64,000 nt of DNA. Source: Deltaproteobacteria bacterium. GTDB lineage: Bacteria > Bdellovibrionota > FAC87 > UBA2466. The position numbers were made by a program, and so were the translations under genes. This document shows positions 40,109 to 53,812 of this stretch, in pieces (positions within the stretch are counted from its first letter, which is position 1; each line of letters begins with the position of its first letter). The stretch spans positions 92,342-156,341 of the forward strand of contig OMIX01000098.1 in the NCBI GenBank assembly GCA_900299195.1, in the 5' to 3' direction. The notes under the pieces are model-generated. The model was not told the DNA's origin. It saw nothing but the letters and a program-made list of their open reading frames with translations, and did no database searches.

Positions 40109-40128
40109 ACGGGGATTTCGGGGGATTC

Positions 40129-41283
40129 ATGAAATTGCAGATTTCGAAAAGCCAAATGTTGTTAGGACTCCAACGTGTACAAAACGTTGTTGAGAGAAGA
40201 ACAACGATGCCGATTTTGTCTAACGCTCTTTTAAAAACAGAAAAAAATGGTTTGTCTTTGTCGGCAACTGATTTGGAAGTCGGAATTCAGTCCGTTTTAC
40301 CTGCTGAAATCATGGAAAATGGTTCAATTACCGTCAAAGCTCGCAGTCTTTTGGATATTGTAAGAGAACTTCCGGATACAGTGATTCAGTTTCAGACTAA
40401 AGAAAATAATCGGTTGGCGATTAAAGCCAATAAGTCAGTTTTCAATATTGTGGGATTACCTGCTGAAGACTTTCCTGAGATTCCAAGTTTTTCCTCTGAA
40501 GAACACCAACAGTTTGTCAGAATGAACGGTCAAGCGGTCATGGCCATGTTAGACAAAACTTTATACGCCGCATCTACTGATGAGGCGCGTTACCATTTGA
40601 ATGGTGTCTATTTTGAAACCTTGGAAAATACAACAGCGGACGACCCAAAAGGAAAAAAAGTTTTTCGAATGGTGGCTACTGACGCTCATCGTCTATCTTT
40701 AGTCGATAATCCAGAGACTCTATTTGATGAAAATGCGTGGAAGCTTTTCCAAGAGGGAATTATTGTTCCAAGAAAAGGGCTAAATGAACTTCGAAGATTA
40801 CTGTCTGAGGGAAAAGACGACTTTTTTGTCACTATTAGAGGAAAGATGCTTTTTGTTAAAAGAGATAATATCTTTCTATCAATGAGATTAATCGAAGGTA
40901 AATATGCTGATTATCGCCGTATTATTCCTGATCAATCGATTAATACTATTACTTTAGACCGCGAAGCCTTTCTGGCATCGCTTAAACGAATTTCTTTGAT
41001 GTCATCGGATAAATCCCGTAGTCTTACGTTTAGTTTAACTCCAGGAGTTTTGCAGCTTTCAAGTCAAAGCCCAGAACTAGGAGATGCCAACGAAGAAATT
41101 AGTATCGATTATAGTGGCGATGAGGTCAAAATTGGATTCAACTCTCGTTACTTAATTGATGCTGTTTCTACGATGGAAGGTAAAAAGATTATCTTAGAAC
41201 TTCGTGGAAAACAAAATCCCGGAGTCATTCGATCTTCTGACGGCCCTAACCACACCAGTGTGGTAATGCCGATGAGAATCTGA
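40129..41283 (+). CDS. dnaN: DNA polymerase III beta sliding clamp
   Basis: 384 aa with the three-domain clamp pattern. Follows dnaA and oriC. Confidence 0.9.
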   Translation: MKLQISKSQMLLGLQRVQNVVERRTTMPILSNALLKTEKNGLSLSATDLEVGIQSVLPAEIMENGSITVKARSLLDIVRELPDTVIQFQTKENNRLAIKANKSVFNIVGLPAEDFPEIPSFSSEEHQQFVRMNGQAVMAMLDKTLYAASTDEARYHLNGVYFETLENTTADDPKGKKVFRMVATDAHRLSLVDNPETLFDENAWKLFQEGIIVPRKGLNELRRLLSEGKDDFFVTIRGKMLFVKRDNIFLSMRLIEGKYADYRRIIPDQSINTITLDREAFLASLKRISLMSSDKSRSLTFSLTPGVLQLSSQSPELGDANEEISIDYSGDEVKIGFNSRYLIDAVSTMEGKKIILELRGKQNPGVIRSSDGPNHTSVVMPMRI

Positions 41284-41325
41284 TCTTTTTAATAAACTTT
41301 TAAAAAATACTAATTAGAAATTTAA

Positions 41326-43757
<2,432 letters not shown>

Positions 43758-43758
<1 letters not shown>

Positions 43759-46274
43759 TGGAAACCACAGATTTACAGCTTAGTCAGGTCAGTATTGAAG
43801 ATCAAATGCGGGATGCGTACCTCGAATACGCAATGTCCGTGATCGTCGGTAGAGCTTTGCCCGATGTCAGAGACGGTATGAAGCCTGTTCATCGTCGTAT
43901 TTTGTACGCCATGTATGACATGGGAAATACTTACGATAAAGCTTATAAGAAATCTGCGAGAATTGTCGGTGACGTCATCGGTAAATACCATCCGCATGGG
44001 GATACTGCCGTTTATGAAACCATGGTTCGGATGGCCCAAGATTTCAGTATGCGGTACACCTTGGTGGACGGACAAGGAAACTTTGGTTCCGTAGACGGTG
44101 ATGCAGCGGCGGCAATGCGATACACTGAAGTAAGACTTGCTAAAATCACCAATGAAGTTTTAGCCGATTTAGAAAAAGAGACCGTCAATTTCAATCCAAA
44201 TTATGACAACTCTTTACAAGAGCCTGCGGTTCTTCCCACGAAAATTCCTAATTTGCTTGTGAATGGTTCCTCTGGAATTGCTGTGGGAATGGCTACTAAC
44301 ATTCCCCCACACAACTTGAATGAAGTGGTTGATGGGATCAAAGCGGTAGTGGCTAATCCATCCATTTCGATTTCGGAACTGATGCAAATTATTCCCGGTC
44401 CGGATTTTCCTACCGCCGGATTTATTTATGGCAGAAACGGACTGAAAGAGGCGTATCACACAGGTAAAGGCATTATTCATTTAAGAGCAAAGGCCGATAT
44501 CGAGGATGTGAAAAATGACAAACAACGTATTGTCGTTACGGAAATTCCTTATCAAGTCAATAAATCTAAGCTGATTGAAAGTATTGCTGAGTTAGTTCGA
44601 GATAAAAAAGTTGAGGGCATTTCTGATATCCGTGATGAATCGGATAGAACAGGAATGAGAATAGTTTTTGATTTGAAAAAGGGAGAAGATTCCAGAGTTA
44701 TTCTCAATCAACTTTACAAAAATTCCCAAATGCAAATTTCGTTTGGGATTAGCATGTTGGCTTTAGACCATCAGCAACCCAAACTTTTAAATTTAAAAGA
44801 ATGTTTAGTTGCTTTTCTACAACATCGAAAAGAGGTCGTCACAAAACGAACTGTTTTCGATTTAAGGAAAGCAGAAGAAAAAGCACACATTTTAGAAGCT
44901 TTAAAAAAGGCCGTTGAAAATCTTGATGAAGTCGTTTCCTTAATCAGAAAAGCGAGTAACCCGGCAGAAGCTCAAGAGAAGTTAATCGCCAAATTTAGCT
45001 TCACTGAAATTCAGGCTAAAGCCATCTTGGAGATGAGACTTCAAAGATTAACAGGCCTGGAACGTGAAAAGATCGTTGCTGATTACAACGAAACGATGGC
45101 CTTGATCGCAGATTTAAAATCGATATTGTCAGATGAAAAACGGGTTTTAGCGATCATTGAAACAGAGCTAGATGAAGTAAAAAAATCTTTCGGAGATCCA
45201 AGAAGAACAGAGTTTATTGAAGAACAAGAAGAGATGACCGATGAGGATTATATTGTTGAAGAAGAGATGGTCGTCACAGTTACCTACTCCGGATATATCA
45301 AGCGCTTACCCGTAGATGCCTATCGTTCCCAACGACGAGGAGGTAAGGGCGTTATTGGAGCGGCAACTAAGTCTGAGGATTTCATTCAAGATATTTTCGT
45401 TGCAAGCACACACGAAAACATTTTGTGTTTTACTGACCAAGGAAGAGTGTATTGGTTAAAAGTTCATAAGATTCCCGAAGCCGGTAGGGCGGCAAAGGGT
45501 AAGCCGATCGTTAACTTGTTGAATCTCACCACCAATGAACGGGTTCAAGCAGTTCTTCCAGTCAAAGAATTTAAAGAAACTGAATTTGTGACAATGGTAA
45601 CTCGACAAGGAACCATCAAAAAGACTTCGCTTGGGGCGTTTTCTCGGCCGATGAAAAAGGGAATTATTGCGATCACGACTGACGATGGCGACTCCTTGGT
45701 CGATGCAAAAGTCTGTAATGGAAGTAATCACATTGTTTTGGTCAGCAAATTTGGTCAAAGCATTCGATTTGAGGAACAAGATGTTCGGCCCATGGGTAGA
45801 ACTGCTAGGGGTGTGGCCGGCATGCGATTGGATGAAGGGGACATTGTGATCGGCATGGCAGTTGTGATGCCGGACGATAAAACAGCACAAGTTCTCACTG
45901 TGACTCAAAAAGGTTATGGGAAGCGAACGCTTTTAGACGAATACCGCGTTCAAGGTCGAGGCGGTTCCGGTGTGATTACGATGAAGATCACAGATAAAAA
46001 TGGACCGGTGGAAGCAGTTAGTCAGGTCAAAGACGAAGATGATCTTATTATTGCATCCGATCGGGGTAAGGTGATTCGAACTCGAGTTTCTGAAATTTCG
46101 GAGGTGGGTCGAGTGGCTCAGGGAGTGAGACTTATTTCCATGGATGACGGGGAAAGTGTAGGGGCTGTTGCAAAAATTGTTGAAAAGGAAGATGAGCACC
46201 CTGATCCCAAGGCTGCAGCCGTAGTTCCTGAAACAAGTCCTAAGACTGATGAGGGAACAGGTAATGCTAGTTAG
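43758..46274 (+). CDS. gyrA: DNA gyrase subunit A
   Basis: [23 protein letters not shown] with the active-site Tyr region, plus C-terminal beta-pinwheel repeats. 838 aa. Confidence 0.95.
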
Positions 46275-47048
46275 AGTTTTTTTTTAAGTCTTCTCGTCGT
46301 TTTTCTAGGGTGTACGCAACAAAAACAGGAGAAGTTATTAGAAGCCGCGGAGACTAAACTGACCGAGGGCAAATACTCGGAAGCTACTGAACTGCTTCGC
46401 AAGGTTATTTCTTTAAATCCAGAAAACAAACTGGCTGTTAAAGCAATGTTCAAGTTAGGTTTTACTTTAGAAACCTACGGGAGAGACTACGATGGGGCTG
46501 TTTTTAATTATCAGGAAGCCATTCGTTTAAGCCAAGACCCTGTTTCAGTGTATGAAATTCAAAAGCGAGTGGCTAATATCTTTTTCGAGCAGGGCAAAGA
46601 CATTGATAAGGCAATAGCCGCTTACAAGAAACTTATTTCATTTAACCCAAAAAGCCTAGAGCTCGACTTTTTTCAATTTCGAACAGCAGAAGCCTATTTT
46701 CGTCAGAATAATTTTGAACAGGCCAGAACCGAGTACCAGCTTATTTTAGAAAATTTTCCTAAAAGCCAATATATTGCAAAGAGCCGTTTTGAAATTGGAA
46801 ATACTTATTACATGGAGGGCAAGTATGACATTGCTCTCGAAGCTCTAAAGCAGGTAGGAAGATACCATCCCCAAACGGAATATGCAGTTGAAGCCGAGTT
46901 TTTAATTGCCCAATGTCTTGAACAAACACAGAAAGAGCAAGCTGCGATTCAAATTTACGAAAACCTCAAAAATCGATATTCGAATCCAAAAATCATCGAA
47001 TATCGAATTGATCAATTAAAGAAAAGGGTCAGGAAGGGGCCTAAATGA
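46264..47048 (+). CDS. TPR-repeat outer-membrane lipoprotein (BamD-like); the start is reachable only through a +1 or -2 indel in a T9 tract
   Basis: The frame of ORF 46446-47048 is open back to 46275. It encodes ...[14 protein letters not shown] (a signal peptide with an LxGC lipobox) but has no in-frame start codon. The ATG at 46264 is in another frame and joins the main frame if the T9 run (46277-46285) is T10 or T7. Confidence 0.45.
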
Positions 47049-47266
47049 TTAAGCTAGACGGCAAGAAAATTAGAATAGCGATGATGATGGGAAATGCAGT
47101 GATGACCAAAGCCATCATGATCGCTGCCGGATGGTATTTCGGGAGCAAACTGGACAAAAAATATGGTACGGAGCCCTATGGGATGGTTGGTCTGGTGATT
47201 TTAGCCATGATTTTAGGGGTATGGTACATCCTGAGGGTCGCCAAAAAAAATAATTTAACGGATTGA
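47045..47266 (+). CDS. AtpI/AtpZ-like small membrane protein of the ATP synthase operon
   Basis: 73 aa with two TM helices, immediately upstream of atpB. Its start overlaps the TPR gene stop. Confidence 0.5.
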   Translation: MIKLDGKKIRIAMMMGNAVMTKAIMIAAGWYFGSKLDKKYGTEPYGMVGLVILAMILGVWYILRVAKKNNLTD

Positions 47267-47280
47267 TACCCGAAATTAGG

Positions 47281-47335
47281 GGGTTAATAGTTAACGATCA
47301 ACCCTGTTGACAGGGTTAATAGTAAACGATCAACC
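47281..47335. repeat. Two 23-bp direct repeats GGGTTAATAGT(T/A)AACGATCAACC flanking a TTGACA hexamer upstream of atpB
   Basis: Copies at 47281-47303 and 47313-47335, with TTGACA at 47307-47312. Each copy contains the inverted repeat GTTAA-TAG-TTAAC. Confidence 0.5.
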
Positions 47336-47431
47336 GGTAAATTTTTTGAATTACCTAATTGATTGAATCTTTATTGAAATATCAAAACATTGGTTGTATG
47401 ACAGGGTGTTCAAATTGGGAGTTATTAAAGC

Positions 47432-48160
47432 ATGCAAAGTCATGGTTCAGCACATCATGGTCCTGAAAGCTGGTTAACTAAGCTTCCTATACTTCCGCAG
47501 GATCGAGCTTGGGAAAGTGTTAATGGTGCGATTCTTGTATTTGTATTTATTTGCCTAGTTTCATGGATAGTAAACAGGGTAATTAAAGGAAAAATCGCAG
47601 AAAACGTGGTTCCTAGGGCCAAAATTGGACTTTTTTCGGTGGTCGATTTGTTGGTTGAAGGGCTTTACAATTTGATTGTTGGAATTGTTGGACATCATTA
47701 CGGTGCTGACGCCTTTCCTTTTATTGCCTCTGTTTTTATTTACGTTCTTCTTAACAACCTTTTAGGGTTATTGCCTCTTTCGGCTTCTCCAAGTTCCTCT
47801 TTCCCTATAGCCTTCGCTTTAGGGTTATCCAGCTTTGTTTTTTACAATTGGATGGGAATTAAGGCCAACGGAGTGGCTGGTTATGGTAAGCATTTTTTGA
47901 TGGGTCTTGGGGTCTTTGGGGTTCCGATTGCTGCTTTCGAGTTAGTCTCACATGTGATTAGGCCTTTTACTTTGGGATTACGGTTAAGAACCAACATGCA
48001 TATTGATCACATGTTGGCTGGGGCATTTGCTGACCTTTGTAAATGGATTGTTCCTGTTCCGTTGTTGCTTTTTGGAGTAGTGGTCTGTACGATACAGGCC
48101 TTTCTTTTTGCGGTTTTGACAGCTGTTTATGTACAGATGGCAACTGAACACGAAGAATAA
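47432..48160 (+). CDS. atpB: Fo ATP synthase a subunit
   Basis: 242 aa polytopic protein with the conserved Arg region LGLRLRTNM. Confidence 0.9.
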   Translation: MQSHGSAHHGPESWLTKLPILPQDRAWESVNGAILVFVFICLVSWIVNRVIKGKIAENVVPRAKIGLFSVVDLLVEGLYNLIVGIVGHHYGADAFPFIASVFIYVLLNNLLGLLPLSASPSSSFPIAFALGLSSFVFYNWMGIKANGVAGYGKHFLMGLGVFGVPIAAFELVSHVIRPFTLGLRLRTNMHIDHMLAGAFADLCKWIVPVPLLLFGVVVCTIQAFLFAVLTAVYVQMATEHEE

Positions 48161-48180
48161 CTTTTTTTAGGAGGTAAGGT

Positions 48181-48501
48181 ATGAAGTTAATCAATATGTC
48201 TAAGTTGGCGTTAATCGGAATGTTCATCTCCTCAGCAAGCGTATTTGCAGAAGAAGGTGCTCATGCAGTAGCTACTGGTGGAGCCGCTGGCCCATTAGCA
48301 GTTGGTTTGGCTATGGCTTTAGCAGTTATTGCTGCAGCGACAGCCCAAGGTAAAATTGGTACAGCTTTTATGGATGGCGTTTCCAGAAATCCTGGAGCTC
48401 AAAAATCCATGTTCGTTCCATTGATTCTTTCCTTGGTTTTCGTCGAAACCTTGGTGCTTTTTACCTTCCTAGTAGCTCAAAGCTTACTTGGAAAATTCTA
48501 G
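48181..48501 (+). CDS. atpE: Fo ATP synthase c subunit with an N-terminal signal-like extension
   Basis: The C-terminal 75 aa form a typical c-subunit hairpin (GAAGPLAVGLAMALAVIAAATAQG ... LVFVETLVLFTFLVA). It is preceded by about 30 aa, MKLINMSKLALIGMFISSASVFAEEGAHA. Confidence 0.85.
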   Translation: MKLINMSKLALIGMFISSASVFAEEGAHAVATGGAAGPLAVGLAMALAVIAAATAQGKIGTAFMDGVSRNPGAQKSMFVPLILSLVFVETLVLFTFLVAQSLLGKF

Positions 48502-48545
48502 ACTTTTTTCTTAACGGTCTAGGAAATCAATTTTTAAAACCATCT

Positions 48546-48574
48546 GCACTCTCGAGTGCGGGTGGTTTTTTTTT
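48546..48574. terminator. Rho-independent terminator candidate between the convergent atpE and uvrA genes
   Basis: GCACTC-TC-GAGTGC inverted repeat followed by GGGTGG and a T9 run. Confidence 0.55.
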
Positions 48575-48602
48575 GAGGAGATTAAAATTGAGGGCGTTTT
48601 GA

Positions 48603-51431
48603 TTAAGCATCCAAAACAGACTTTAAAAACTGGCCGGTATAAGACTGCTTAATTTTTAATAAACCTTCAGGAACTCCCTGATAGAGGATTTCTCCCCCGC
48701 CTACACCCCCCTCTACTCCAAGATCTATTAAATAATCGGCTTGTTTGATTACATCTAAATTGTGTTCGATTACGACAACCGTATTTCCATGATCTACTAA
48801 GGTTTGAAGGATTTGAAGAAGCTTCCTAACGTCTTCAAAATGCAAACCGGTTGTGGGCTCATCTAAAATATAGATGGTTCTTCCTGTTGCACGCTTGTTT
48901 AGTTCTTTGGCGAGTTTAATCCTTTGAGCCTCACCCCCCGATAAAGTAACAGCATTTTGACCCACTTGAAGGTACCCTAAACCCACATCAAGTAGGGTAG
49001 TAAGCTTAGTTTTGATTTGGGGAACTCTCTCAAAAAAGAGAGCAGCTTGTTCAACGGTCATACTGAGAACGTCGGCAATGCTTTTCCCACGATAATGGAC
49101 ATCTAAGGTCTCTCGATTGTAACGGGCTCCTCGACAGACCTCACATTGAACGTACACATCGGGCAAAAAGGTCATGGTTATTTTTAGATTTCCATCGCCA
49201 CTACAGGAAGAGCATCGTCCACCCTCGACATTGAATGAAAAACGGCCGGCGGTGTATCCGCGGACTTTAGATTCAGGTAATCCAGCAAAGAGGGCTCTGA
49301 TATCAGTGAACAATCCTGTATAGGTGGCAGGATTCGATCTTGGGGTCCTTCCGATGGGGCTTTGATCAACGTAAATTACCTTGTCTAGATATTCGATTCC
49401 TTCAATGGCATCTAACTGATTCAAAGCTCGAGTTCTTCCGGAAAACTTAAGTTGTAAGGCAGAAAGAAGAGTATCGATGACCAACGTGCTTTTTCCAGAG
49501 CCCGAAACCCCAGTCACACAAGTTAAAGTTCCTAAGGGAATATCCACAGAAACATTTTTAAGATTGTTTTGTCGTGCACCTAGAAGTTTCAAATGTCGAC
49601 CATCTGAAGCTGATCTTCTTTGGTGGGGGATTTCAATTTTTAACTTTCTGGAAAGATATTGTGCAGTAAGCCCTTTACCCTGTTTTTTTAGATCGGATGG
49701 ATTACCACTAAATAGAATCTCGCCCCCGTGTTCTCCGGCTCCTGGGCCCATATCGACTACATAATCGGCCCGTTGAATGGTTTCTTCATCGTGCTCAACC
49801 ACTAAAACGGAGTTTCCTTGGTCACGTAAAGCCTCAAGGGTTTTAATCAACTTGTCGTTATCTCTTTGATGAAGACCGATGCTAGGTTCGTCTAATACAT
49901 AAAGAACGCCCACTAAATTTGAGCCAATTTGAGTTGCTAAACGGATCCTTTGGGACTCTCCGCCAGAAAGGGTGACAGCTGAACGAGATAGAGAAAGATA
50001 AGAAAGACCGACATTCATCAAAAAATTCAGTCGGGCAATAATCTCTTTAAGAATAGGCTCTGAAATAGCTAACTGATGTTTGGGAAAGCTCAGCTTTTGT
50101 ACAAAATCGAGGGCATCAGAAATGGGCATTTGAGCCACTTGTGAAATATTTTTACCCCCAATGTAGATCGATAAACTCTCCTTTTTTAGACGAGAGCCTT
50201 CGCAGGAAGAGCAGTCTTGATAGGTAATGTATTGCCCGAGCTCCCAATCTTCAAATGAAGATTCGCTTTCGCTCATTCGCTCTTGAAGAGTGGGAATGAT
50301 TCCTTCAAATTTTTGACGGAAAGCATGAGTAGCTCCCCATCCCTTAGCTTTGAACTCAATTTCGTCAGAACCCGATCCATAAAAAATAAGATTCTGTGCG
50401 GTCTCAGGAATGTTTTTAAAAGGATCGGTAAGACTGAAACCATATTTTTCAGAGAGCGGTTGAAAAACTTTTTCCAACCACGATTTAGGCTTTTGTGCCC
50501 AGGGTAGAATGGCCCCACCCAGAATAGACAGATTGCCGTTAGGAACAATGAGCGAGGGATCAAAAGTGGGAAGCGAACCAAGTCCCGAACATTCCGGACA
50601 GGAACCATGTGGGCTGTTAAATGAAAAACTTCGTGGCTCAACTTCTATCACGCTGGTTCCGCATTCCGCACAACCATATTGGGTCGAAAAAAAACGACTG
50701 GACTGTTTTTCCTCAAAGGATCTGATTTCAATAAGTCCCTGGGCTAAAGTGTTCGCCATATCGAGCGCATCCATCAATCGGCTTTCGATCCCCGTCTTTA
50801 GAATTAACCGATCAATGTAGATGGAAATATCGTGTTTTAGGCTTTTTTTAAGTTTGAGAGGGGCCGAAAGGCTTACTTCTTCTCCGTCGATTTCAGCTCT
50901 AACAAAACCCTGGCCACGAATATCGTTAAGCTCTTTTTGAAATTCCCCTTTTTTGCCTCGAGCTATAGGGGCCATAACAGCAAATTTACTACCGGGGGTT
51001 CCTTGCATGATCTGATCACGAATTTGGTCTAGCGTCTGGCTTTGGATGGGTTTTCGGCAAATATAGCAATGCGGTGTTCCCGTTCGTGCAAAAAGCAACC
51101 TTAGAAAATCATAAATTTCAGTGATCGTACCCACGGTAGATCGTGGGTTTCTGGAAATGTTTTTCTGCTCGATGGAGATAGAAGGGGATAGGCCCTCAAT
51201 ACTATCAACTTCGGGCTTTTTCATTTGCTCCATGAATTGACGAGCATAGGCTGACAAAGATTCTAAATATCGTCTCTGCCCCTCAGCATAGATAGTATCG
51301 AAAGCTAGTGAGGATTTTCCCGAGCCGCTCAAGCCCGTGATTACGACAAGACGATTTTTGGGAATGGTGACCGATACGTTTTTAAGATTGTGTTCTCGAG
51401 CACCTTTAATGACAATTTCTTTACTACCCAT
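48603..51431 (-). CDS. uvrA: Excinuclease ABC subunit A
   Basis: 942 aa with two ABC ATPase modules ([22 protein letters not shown]) and zinc-finger Cys clusters. Confidence 0.95.
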   Translation of the reverse strand: MGSKEIVIKGAREHNLKNVSVTIPKNRLVVITGLSGSGKSSLAFDTIYAEGQRRYLESLSAYARQFMEQMKKPEVDSIEGLSPSISIEQKNISRNPRSTVGTITEIYDFLRLLFARTGTPHCYICRKPIQSQTLDQIRDQIMQGTPGSKFAVMAPIARGKKGEFQKELNDIRGQGFVRAEIDGEEVSLSAPLKLKKSLKHDISIYIDRLILKTGIESRLMDALDMANTLAQGLIEIRSFEEKQSSRFFSTQYGCAECGTSVIEVEPRSFSFNSPHGSCPECSGLGSLPTFDPSLIVPNGNLSILGGAILPWAQKPKSWLEKVFQPLSEKYGFSLTDPFKNIPETAQNLIFYGSGSDEIEFKAKGWGATHAFRQKFEGIIPTLQERMSESESSFEDWELGQYITYQDCSSCEGSRLKKESLSIYIGGKNISQVAQMPISDALDFVQKLSFPKHQLAISEPILKEIIARLNFLMNVGLSYLSLSRSAVTLSGGESQRIRLATQIGSNLVGVLYVLDEPSIGLHQRDNDKLIKTLEALRDQGNSVLVVEHDEETIQRADYVVDMGPGAGEHGGEILFSGNPSDLKKQGKGLTAQYLSRKLKIEIPHQRRSASDGRHLKLLGARQNNLKNVSVDIPLGTLTCVTGVSGSGKSTLVIDTLLSALQLKFSGRTRALNQLDAIEGIEYLDKVIYVDQSPIGRTPRSNPATYTGLFTDIRALFAGLPESKVRGYTAGRFSFNVEGGRCSSCSGDGNLKITMTFLPDVYVQCEVCRGARYNRETLDVHYRGKSIADVLSMTVEQAALFFERVPQIKTKLTTLLDVGLGYLQVGQNAVTLSGGEAQRIKLAKELNKRATGRTIYILDEPTTGLHFEDVRKLLQILQTLVDHGNTVVVIEHNLDVIKQADYLIDLGVEGGVGGGEILYQGVPEGLLKIKQSYTGQFLKSVLDA

Positions 51432-51437
51432 GGTGAA

Positions 51438-52802
51438 CTAACGAAGCTCTTTTAATAAATCACTAACCGTTTTTTCCATTGAGGACTGAATTTCCTCAAG
51501 TCTCTTTTGAGAGGAGGCTTCAAACCGTAACACCAAAACGGGTTGAGTGTTTGAGGCCCGTACTAAGCCCCACCCATCACCAAACTCAACTCGAGCCCCA
51601 TCGATATCGTTCACCTTAAGTCCCTGGGACTGAAAGCTTTTAAGCGCTTTTTGAACTACGACAAACTTAATATCATCAGGACAGTCTCTGCGAATTTCCG
51701 GCGTAGAAAATGAGTTTGGAAGATCGCTGATTAGTTCGGCTGTCGTCTTTTGAGTGTAAGAAAGTATTTCCAACAACCTGGCCCCCGCGTAAATAGCATC
51801 GTCGTAGCCAAAATAACGGTCATTGAAAAAGATATGGCCTGACATTTCTCCGGCTAGCAGTGCATTTTCTTCTTTCATTTTGGCTTTGATAAGGCTGTGG
51901 CCCGTTTTCCAAAGAATGGGACGCCCGCCATGGGCTGCGATGTCATTAAAGAGGCGATGCGATGCTTTTACCTCTGAAATGATAGTGGCCCCCTTGTTTT
52001 TCTGTAGAATATCTCTTGAGTAAACGACCAAGAGCTCATCCCCAAAAATTGGACGGCCAGAAGGGTCAACAACTCCTATCCGATCGGCGTCACCATCAAA
52101 ACCGATTCCCACCACAGCACCTGTTTCCTTCATCTTTCTTTTGAGATCGGAAAGGTTTTCAATGACAGTAGGGTCTGGATGGTGATTGGGGAATCTCCCA
52201 TCTAATTCCGAGTAAAGCTCAATCACTTCGCAACCCAAACGCCTAAATAATTCTGGAGCAATCATTCCACCCATTCCGTTACCACTATCGACGCATATTT
52301 TTAAGTTTAGGGGGTGCTTGATAGACTTAAGAATCATCTGAGAATAAGCGGGTTTGATATCCATTTCGGAAAGAGATCCCTGTCCGCAACTGAAATGGTT
52401 ACCCAATAATAGGGCCTTCACTTCTTGAATCTCAGCTCCATGAATGGTTGTTTTACCAACACAAATTTTAAAGCCATTGTGTTCGGCGGGATTGTGACTT
52501 CCAGTGATCATAATTCCACCGTCTGTTTTTAATTCAAAAACAGAAAAATAAAGAAGCGGAGTTGGGACTAAGCCGATATCAATGACATTGATGCCCGCTT
52601 TTAATAGGCCTTGGGTCAGGGCGCTTCGAATTCGATTTGAACTCAGTCGGCAATCTCTACCCAGGGTGATGGTGCTTCCACCTTTTTTAGTGATGAAAGT
52701 TCCCAAAGCCCTTCCGAGTTCAGTTACTATTGGATCAGACAAGTCCTGGTCTGCAATTCCCCGGATGTCATATTCCCTGAAAATTTTTTCATTGATATTC
52801 AT
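51438..52802 (-). CDS. Phosphomannomutase/phosphoglucomutase (AlgC/ManB type)
   Basis: Active-site [14 protein letters not shown] and the metal-binding GFDGDADR motif. Confidence 0.85.
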   Translation of the reverse strand: MNINEKIFREYDIRGIADQDLSDPIVTELGRALGTFITKKGGSTITLGRDCRLSSNRIRSALTQGLLKAGINVIDIGLVPTPLLYFSVFELKTDGGIMITGSHNPAEHNGFKICVGKTTIHGAEIQEVKALLLGNHFSCGQGSLSEMDIKPAYSQMILKSIKHPLNLKICVDSGNGMGGMIAPELFRRLGCEVIELYSELDGRFPNHHPDPTVIENLSDLKRKMKETGAVVGIGFDGDADRIGVVDPSGRPIFGDELLVVYSRDILQKNKGATIISEVKASHRLFNDIAAHGGRPILWKTGHSLIKAKMKEENALLAGEMSGHIFFNDRYFGYDDAIYAGARLLEILSYTQKTTAELISDLPNSFSTPEIRRDCPDDIKFVVVQKALKSFQSQGLKVNDIDGARVEFGDGWGLVRASNTQPVLVLRFEASSQKRLEEIQSSMEKTVSDLLKELR

Positions 52803-53812
52803 GGAGTCTCCTTAGCAGAATTTCCAATGACAGAAATATTGGACTCTTTCTTTTTTTTCTCAATCCAAAGGGCCATTTTCTTTTCAAGTTCCGTGGCCGC
52901 CATCTGATTTCTGATGGCCTCTCTCTTTTCTTTGGGCAAAGTCGAGAAGTCAGGCGAACGAACTTCTAAGAGTTTCAAAATATGAAAACCATCACTGAGC
53001 TGAATGGGCTTTGTTACTTGTCCCACCTTAACTTTGGGTATGACTGGCTTGAATTCCTTAGATAATGAAGAAACTGAAAAATATCCAAGGACTCCATCGG
53101 GGGATTCAGAGTCATCCGAATATTCTTTTACGAGGCGTTGAAAATCCGAGCCCTTTTCCGAGGCGAGCCTCCAAACCTCATTCGCACGAGTCTCGGCATC
53201 TTTTTTTGCTTTGGATGAGGAGTCTTTAAATCCCAGAAAAATATGCGCAAGTTTATACTCTTGTTCGGTTTCCTCTGGGCTGGCATTTCTTAAGTAATAA
53301 TGACGAAGTTGTTCGTCTGACAGTTCTAATGAGGGGCGGATTTCTCGGTCAATTAGGTTTCTTCTTTCAATCTGCCTACGAATTCCATCCTTGTATTCAG
53401 AAAGCGATGAACCTAGTTGTTTCAGCCGCTCAACTAGTTGGGATTGCGAAATAGCATTTCTTTTTAAAATCGATTTGATTTGAGCCTCGACTTCTTGGTC
53501 GGAGGCATTGAGTTCGAGTTTTTTCACCTGTTGATTAACTAAGCGCTCTTCGATTAGCAGTTGCAAGGCCGCATCACGATTGTCGATGACGTTATTTGGA
53601 ATGCCACCAAAAAGCTCTTGAAAGCTTTTTGATTTGAGTCTCTTCTGAAAAGCGGACACATCAGATTCTAAAATAGGCTCATCGTTGATGAGCACAAGGG
53701 TTCTGTCGATTATTTTTGTGGTTGCAAATAGAACCGAACCCACAAAAGAAAAAACAAACAAAAGATTATAAAATGGAATTATAAACAGATTCATTTTTAT
53801 ATATTTCTCCAT
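52799..53812 (-). CDS. surA: SurA-like periplasmic chaperone / parvulin peptidyl-prolyl isomerase
   Basis: N-terminal IDRTLVLINDEPILESDV parallels SurA VDKVAAVVNNGVVLESDV. The C-terminal parvulin domain has the motif GQVTKPIQLSDGFHILKLLE. Confidence 0.65.
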   Translation of the reverse strand: MEKYIKMNLFIIPFYNLLFVFSFVGSVLFATTKIIDRTLVLINDEPILESDVSAFQKRLKSKSFQELFGGIPNNVIDNRDAALQLLIEERLVNQQVKKLELNASDQEVEAQIKSILKRNAISQSQLVERLKQLGSSLSEYKDGIRRQIERRNLIDREIRPSLELSDEQLRHYYLRNASPEETEQEYKLAHIFLGFKDSSSKAKKDAETRANEVWRLASEKGSDFQRLVKEYSDDSESPDGVLGYFSVSSLSKEFKPVIPKVKVGQVTKPIQLSDGFHILKLLEVRSPDFSTLPKEKREAIRNQMAATELEKKMALWIEKKKKESNISVIGNSAKETP

